Assembly: GCA_021782015.1 (NCBI GenBank)
Contig: JAJXVS010000001.1
Location: forward strand, 1-41,914
Reading direction: 5' to 3'
DNA length: 41,914 bases
Origin: a bacterium
Lineage (GTDB): Bacteria; Spirochaetota; Spirochaetia; Treponematales; Rectinemataceae
The position numbers and the translations under genes are program-made. How positions within the stretch are numbered: position 1 is the stretch's first letter; each line of letters begins with the position of its first letter. Under the pieces are notes generated by a model. It was given only the letters and a program-made list of their open reading frames with translations. It did not search any database and was not told the origin of the DNA. Shown here piece by piece: positions 38,607-41,914 of the stretch.

Positions 38607-40397
38607 ATGATGCTTAACGACTTGGAAGATCGCGTCGGCGCACTCATCGCCATCGTCAATGTCATTGGCTCGGAGAGCGAAGGGCTCTACTTGACGATTG
38701 GGCGCCTCTTCCCCGCGATCATGGCGGAGGCCGGGCGCAGCGTCGACCTGGCGGAAACCTCCCTGGCTTCTTTTTTCGGCAAGGAAGGCGCGAGTAAATC
38801 GATTGATGAGATGAAGTCCCTTGTGTCCGAGGCCGCGATCTGGTTCCGCCGTCTGCATGATCGCGATGCGGACTTTCTCGACCGGATCAACGAAAGCATG
38901 GAACGCCTGGCCAGTCTGGATAATTTGATAAAGGGAGTGCGCGCCGATTCCGAGGACATGGAGATAATTTCCCTCAACGCGATGACGGTCGCCCTCAAAT
39001 CGGGTTTCGCCGGCAAGGCATTTTCCGTCATCACCGATGAACTCAAGCGACTATCGGCCCAGACCATCGAACTCACGGAATCCATAACCCTTCGAGGCCA
39101 GAATCTTCTCAACGTCTTCTCGACTCTTCGTGATGCCCTCGGCAGGCTCGATCGCTTCCAAGATGATTTTTTCGACCGACTCGAGCGCAGCCTGCAAGAA
39201 ACCTTTGACATGAATCGAAACGAACTCGATGCCGCGCGCGAGCTCTTCACCTCCCTGATTGCCGAGGCGCGTGAACTGCGCTCTCCAGTGCAGGCGATCA
39301 TGCAGGAGGTCCAACACCAGGACATCGTGCGCCAATCGCTCGGCCATGTCGTCATTTCCCTTTCCGAGGCTGAGGGCGCCGCGCGAAGAAGGAAGGAGGA
39401 AGGCGCGAGCGAGGAGGAAGAGGTCGCCTATATCGCCTCGATCGCAAGGCTTTCCGCCCAACTCATAGAAGATATCATGGCCAAGATCGACGCGAGCGCG
39501 GCCTCATTCAAAGGCAATATCGATGAGGTGGAAAGGCGTGTGGGCGGTATCGAAGAGCGCCGTGTGGACTTTGTCCATCACGCCGATCAGGGAGCCGTCG
39601 AGGACGTTGGAGCCGAAACAGGACGCTATCTGGAGTTCAAGAAAGCCGTGACCGCGGCTGCGAGGCGCCTTGGAGACCAGATTCGTGGGCTCGATGATTC
39701 CTTCAGGAGTCTCTCCACTCTTCTGTCGAGGTTCAAAAACATCGTGGTGGCGTCGCGCATCGAGATCGCGAAGAACCGCGCGCTCACCGGTGTCAGCACC
39801 ACCGTTGCGGGGATGGTGGAACTCACCGGCAAGATCGAAGCCGATGTGTCGGGGGCGACGGGAAGCACCAAGAATTTTACCAAGGTCGCCGAGGCGGCGA
39901 TGGCCGAATATGCCGAAGACGGCTCCGGTTCCCTGCGTGGCCGATCGGTAGACCCTCGCCCTTCGCCCGCGGATGGCATGTCGGCATCACGGCTTTCGGG
40001 GATGCGACGCGACGCGGCGGGCATTTCGGCCGTCCTCGCGAAGGTACGGCAGGACCTGGCTTCACTCAAGATGGAACGAAACGCGACTCGCGAGGCGATC
40101 GTCAACTTTGCGTTGTTTTCGCCCGAGTTTCTCCGGTATATCGGTGAGGCGCGGGGAGCCTTGGCCGATCTCACCGGCCTGTCCACCAGGCTCGGGCAGG
40201 CAAGGGCGGAACTTCTCGCCCTTGAAGAGCACGCGGTCGCTGCCCTCGGCGGAAAAATAGACAGGGAAATCCATTCGGGGCGCTTGCAGGAAATGATTCA
40301 GCGCTTCACCATTTTTACGCACAAGCGAGCGGCGGGGGAACTGGCTAACTTTCGCGTGGAAGAAGGCAGCGGGTCAGGGGAAATAACGCTTTTCTAA
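38607..40397 (+). CDS. Soluble methyl-accepting-chemotaxis-like protein
   Basis: 596 aa with no TM-length hydrophobic segment. The MCP hairpin-tip-like block is EIISLNAMTVALKSGFAGKAFSVITDELKRLSAQT (aa 119-153). A QEVQHQDIVRQSLGHV motif is present, and a second tip-like block is IVVASRIEIAKNRALTGVSTTVAGMVELTGKIEA (aa 379-412). Confidence 0.7.
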   Translation: MMLNDLEDRVGALIAIVNVIGSESEGLYLTIGRLFPAIMAEAGRSVDLAETSLASFFGKEGASKSIDEMKSLVSEAAIWFRRLHDRDADFLDRINESMERLASLDNLIKGVRADSEDMEIISLNAMTVALKSGFAGKAFSVITDELKRLSAQTIELTESITLRGQNLLNVFSTLRDALGRLDRFQDDFFDRLERSLQETFDMNRNELDAARELFTSLIAEARELRSPVQAIMQEVQHQDIVRQSLGHVVISLSEAEGAARRRKEEGASEEEEVAYIASIARLSAQLIEDIMAKIDASAASFKGNIDEVERRVGGIEERRVDFVHHADQGAVEDVGAETGRYLEFKKAVTAAARRLGDQIRGLDDSFRSLSTLLSRFKNIVVASRIEIAKNRALTGVSTTVAGMVELTGKIEADVSGATGSTKNFTKVAEAAMAEYAEDGSGSLRGRSVDPRPSPADGMSASRLSGMRRDAAGISAVLAKVRQDLASLKMERNATREAIVNFALFSPEFLRYIGEARGALADLTGLSTRLGQARAELLALEEHAVAALGGKIDREIHSGRLQEMIQRFTIFTHKRAAGELANFRVEEGSGSGEITLF

Positions 40398-40446
40398 ACA
40401 CGGCCGAGCAGCCTCCGGCGCAAATTGGTAAGGTCTTGCGACATCC

Positions 40447-40486
40447 TGCGGGGCGGACAGTTCCCTGCCGCCCCGCATCGCTTTTT
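40447..40486 (+). terminator. Rho-independent terminator (possibly bidirectional)
   Basis: A 10-bp stem (TGCGGGGCGG / CCGCCCCGCA) with an 11-nt loop is followed by TCGCTTTTT. It lies 50 nt after stop 40397, and the T tract overlaps the stop codon of the minus-strand sORF. Confidence 0.7.
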
Positions 40487-40601
40487 AATCGGCTGAAGTG
40501 CTCTTCGAATCCTTTTTGGCTTTTTTTTCGGCCCGTTTTTCCTTAAGGGATTTCTGGGCTTTTCTCTTTTCCTCGCCCTTCTGCTTGTCCTGCGATTTCA
40601 C
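40485..40601 (-). CDS. Candidate 38-aa lysine-rich small protein (not in the ORF track)
   Basis: GTG 40601 lies 5 nt after a perfect AGGAGG (40607-40612). The translation is VKSQDKQKGEEKRKAQKSLKEKRAEKKAKKDSKSTSAD, followed by a TAA stop. A candidate promoter lies upstream and a hairpin downstream. Confidence 0.4.
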   Translation of the reverse strand: MKSQDKQKGEEKRKAQKSLKEKRAEKKAKKDSKSTSAD

Positions 40602-40658
40602 GAGTGCCTCCTTGGCCGCCGTCGCTGGCGATCGCATATCCTATGTTCACTACAGACA

Positions 40659-40687
40659 ATTATGTATGGCAACAGGAGCCTGCGCAA
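40659..40687 (-). promoter_or_regulatory. Candidate sigma-70 promoter TTGCGC-N17-CATAAT for the sORF
   Basis: On the minus strand: TTGCGC (40687-40682), a 17-nt spacer, then CATAAT (40664-40659). It sits in a locally AT-rich stretch between the cysE stop and the sORF. Confidence 0.4.
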
Positions 40688-40701
40688 GTGCGCGGGACGA
40701 T

Positions 40702-41598
40702 TCAGCTCGCGCCCCGTGGCTCGATCCTGATGTCTTCTCCCTCGGGAAGGTATACCTTCGAACGCGAGGGAACCGAATGGGTGAGCCACACGTTTCCGCC
40801 GATGACAGACCCCGCACCGATGACCGTCTCGCCGCCGAGAATCGTGGCTCCAGAATAAATCGTCACACCATCCTCGATCGTGGGATGCCGCTTCGTTTCG
40901 CCCAATTCCTTGCGCACCGAGAGCGCTCCGAGGGTGACGCTTTGGTAGAGCTTGACATCGTCGCCGATCACCGCCGTTTCGCCGATGACCACGCCCGTGC
41001 CGTGGTCAATGAAGAAGCCCGATCCGATCCTGGCGCCGGGATGGATGTCGATGCCCGTCTTGCCGTGAACGCTCTCGCTCATCATGCGGGGGAGGAGGGG
41101 AAGGCCGGCCTGCCAAAAGAAGTGTGCGATGCGATGCACGACTATAGCCTCGAGGCCGGGATAGGCGAGAATGACTTCTTCATGCGATTTGGCCGCGGGG
41201 TCGCCTCGAAACGCGGCCTCGACGTCTCGCATCAGGACCGACCTCAGGGCCGGCAGCCAGTTGAAAAAGGACTCGACGAGGTCTCGAGCCTCGATTTCGC
41301 AGGCCGCCGGGCAATCGGATGCGCCCGCTTGCCGTGTCTTGTATTCGAGGGCCCTCGTCACCTCGGGAATCAGGAGCTTGGCGGCCCGATGCACGAGTTC
41401 TCCGGCAACGAGGCCCAGGTTGCGATCGTCGATTCCATCCTCTCGCCTGAAGCCGGGGAAGATGAGGGTTTCGATATCGGCGAGGGCGCGAAGAACCGCT
41501 TCGCGCGCGGGCAAATTGGGACCGGCCGCGTGGTTGACGCCGCCATCTTTCGCCCAGGAATTGATGATGCCTGCTATCGCATCGGAAAGGGTGCCCAC
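40702..41598 (-). CDS. cysE: Serine O-acetyltransferase
   Basis: Hexapeptide-repeat C-terminus (GARIGSGFFIDHGTGVVIGETAVIGDDVKLYQSVTLG .. RHPTIEDGVTIYSGATILGG). The start is trimmed to GTG 41598, which lies 4 nt after AGGAGG and downstream of the neighbouring gene's stop at 41615-41617. The track start at 41787 would overlap that gene. Confidence 0.88.
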   Translation of the reverse strand: MGTLSDAIAGIINSWAKDGGVNHAAGPNLPAREAVLRALADIETLIFPGFRREDGIDDRNLGLVAGELVHRAAKLLIPEVTRALEYKTRQAGASDCPAACEIEARDLVESFFNWLPALRSVLMRDVEAAFRGDPAAKSHEEVILAYPGLEAIVVHRIAHFFWQAGLPLLPRMMSESVHGKTGIDIHPGARIGSGFFIDHGTGVVIGETAVIGDDVKLYQSVTLGALSVRKELGETKRHPTIEDGVTIYSGATILGGETVIGAGSVIGGNVWLTHSVPSRSKVYLPEGEDIRIEPRGAS

Positions 41599-41614
41599 GG
41601 AGCCTCCTAAAAAT

Positions 41615-41914
41615 TCAAAGAAGCCGACAGGCTCCGGGACCTCTGATTTCGAGTTCCACCACCGAGCCCGCGCCGAACCAACCTTCGATATACCGTTTAT
41701 AGGCTGCGGCGCGTTTGTCCCGCACCCAAGCCTGCATCGTGCCGGCAAAACCTCCGCCATGGACCCTGGCGACCCCATCCTTGCCAAGCCAGCGCTGCGT
41801 CAGGGCGATGGCGACGGCGAGGGACTGGCTGCCCGGAGTGCGGCCCGTGCTGACATTCTGAAGAAGTCGCCATGAAGAATCGCCCGACTTGGCGACCAGC
41901 GCGAGGAATTTGCG
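41615..41914 (-). CDS. 3' end (99 codons) of an unidentified CDS running off the window
   Basis: The minus-strand frame is open from the window edge to TGA (41617-41615): ..RKFLALVAKSGDSSWRLLQNVSTGRTPGSQSLAVAIALTQRWLGKDGVARVHGGGFAGTMQAWVRDKRAAAYKRYIEGWFGAGSVVELEIRGPGACRLL. Third-position GC bias fits coding. I cannot name the family. It lies 16 nt upstream of cysE, so the two probably form an operon. Confidence 0.5.
   Translation of the reverse strand, partial: RKFLALVAKSGDSSWRLLQNVSTGRTPGSQSLAVAIALTQRWLGKDGVARVHGGGFAGTMQAWVRDKRAAAYKRYIEGWFGAGSVVELEIRGPGACRLL

Noticed and set aside
38603-38618. TGGCAT-N..-GCTT, which resembles a sigma-54 -24/-12 element at the MCP-like gene start.
   Set aside because: The -12 TTGC element is absent (TTAA instead). 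The motif overlaps the ATG itself, and a much better sigma-70 -35/-10 pair explains the locus.
1-41914. A window-wide search for mobile elements, prophage genes, toxin-antitoxin pairs, restriction-modification or other defence-type genes, CRISPR arrays, and rRNA/tRNA genes.
   Set aside because: I recognised none. There are no transposase, integrase, reverse transcriptase, nuclease-NTPase or Cas-like signatures, no long inverted terminal repeats, and the intergenic regions (at most 255 bp) are too short for structural RNA genes other than small elements.

Overview
GC-rich bacterial chromosomal segment, densely coded on both strands. I count about 37 protein genes. I recognise no rRNA, tRNA, CRISPR array, transposase, integrase or phage genes. 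Most content is housekeeping: two sugar-type ABC permeases, VOC and MBL-fold proteins, murB, cysS, glyA, queG, GTP-type PEPCK, recG, an M32 carboxypeptidase, RidA, a radical-SAM + PHP pair, an AI-2E transporter, rsmI, TrmH-family and RsmC-like methyltransferases, an orphan MalK/MsmX-like ATPase and cysE. Motility and chemotaxis genes are scattered: cheW, flgM behind a textbook sigma-28 promoter, and a TM-less MCP-like protein. This gene set, together with the FlgD-Ig/OmpA giant protein and the tandem cNMP-binding protein, is reminiscent of a high-GC spirochaete-like diderm, but taxonomy cannot be verified without a search. The most unusual items are: (i) a translationally coupled four-gene cassette of ECF sigma, zf-HC2 anti-sigma, a secreted protein and a membrane-anchored IPT/TIG + transglutaminase-like protein whose catalytic Cys appears replaced; (ii) a monocistronic 1376-aa protein with a barrel-like N-terminus, 8 FlgD-Ig-like modules and an OmpA C-domain; (iii) a recurrent leaderless layout, with a good -10 box 4-9 nt before the start codon and no SD, at seven genes, next to genes with strong AGGAGG sites; (iv) a self-contained promoter-SD-38-codon Lys-rich sORF-hairpin unit missing from the ORF track; (v) in-frame short tandem repeats that expand linkers inside essential enzymes (cysS, murB, queG). 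Many long ORFs in the supplied track are antisense or out-of-frame shadows typical of GC-rich DNA, or N-terminal over-extensions. I rejected or trimmed them. All family assignments rest on motif recognition by eye; no searches were run.
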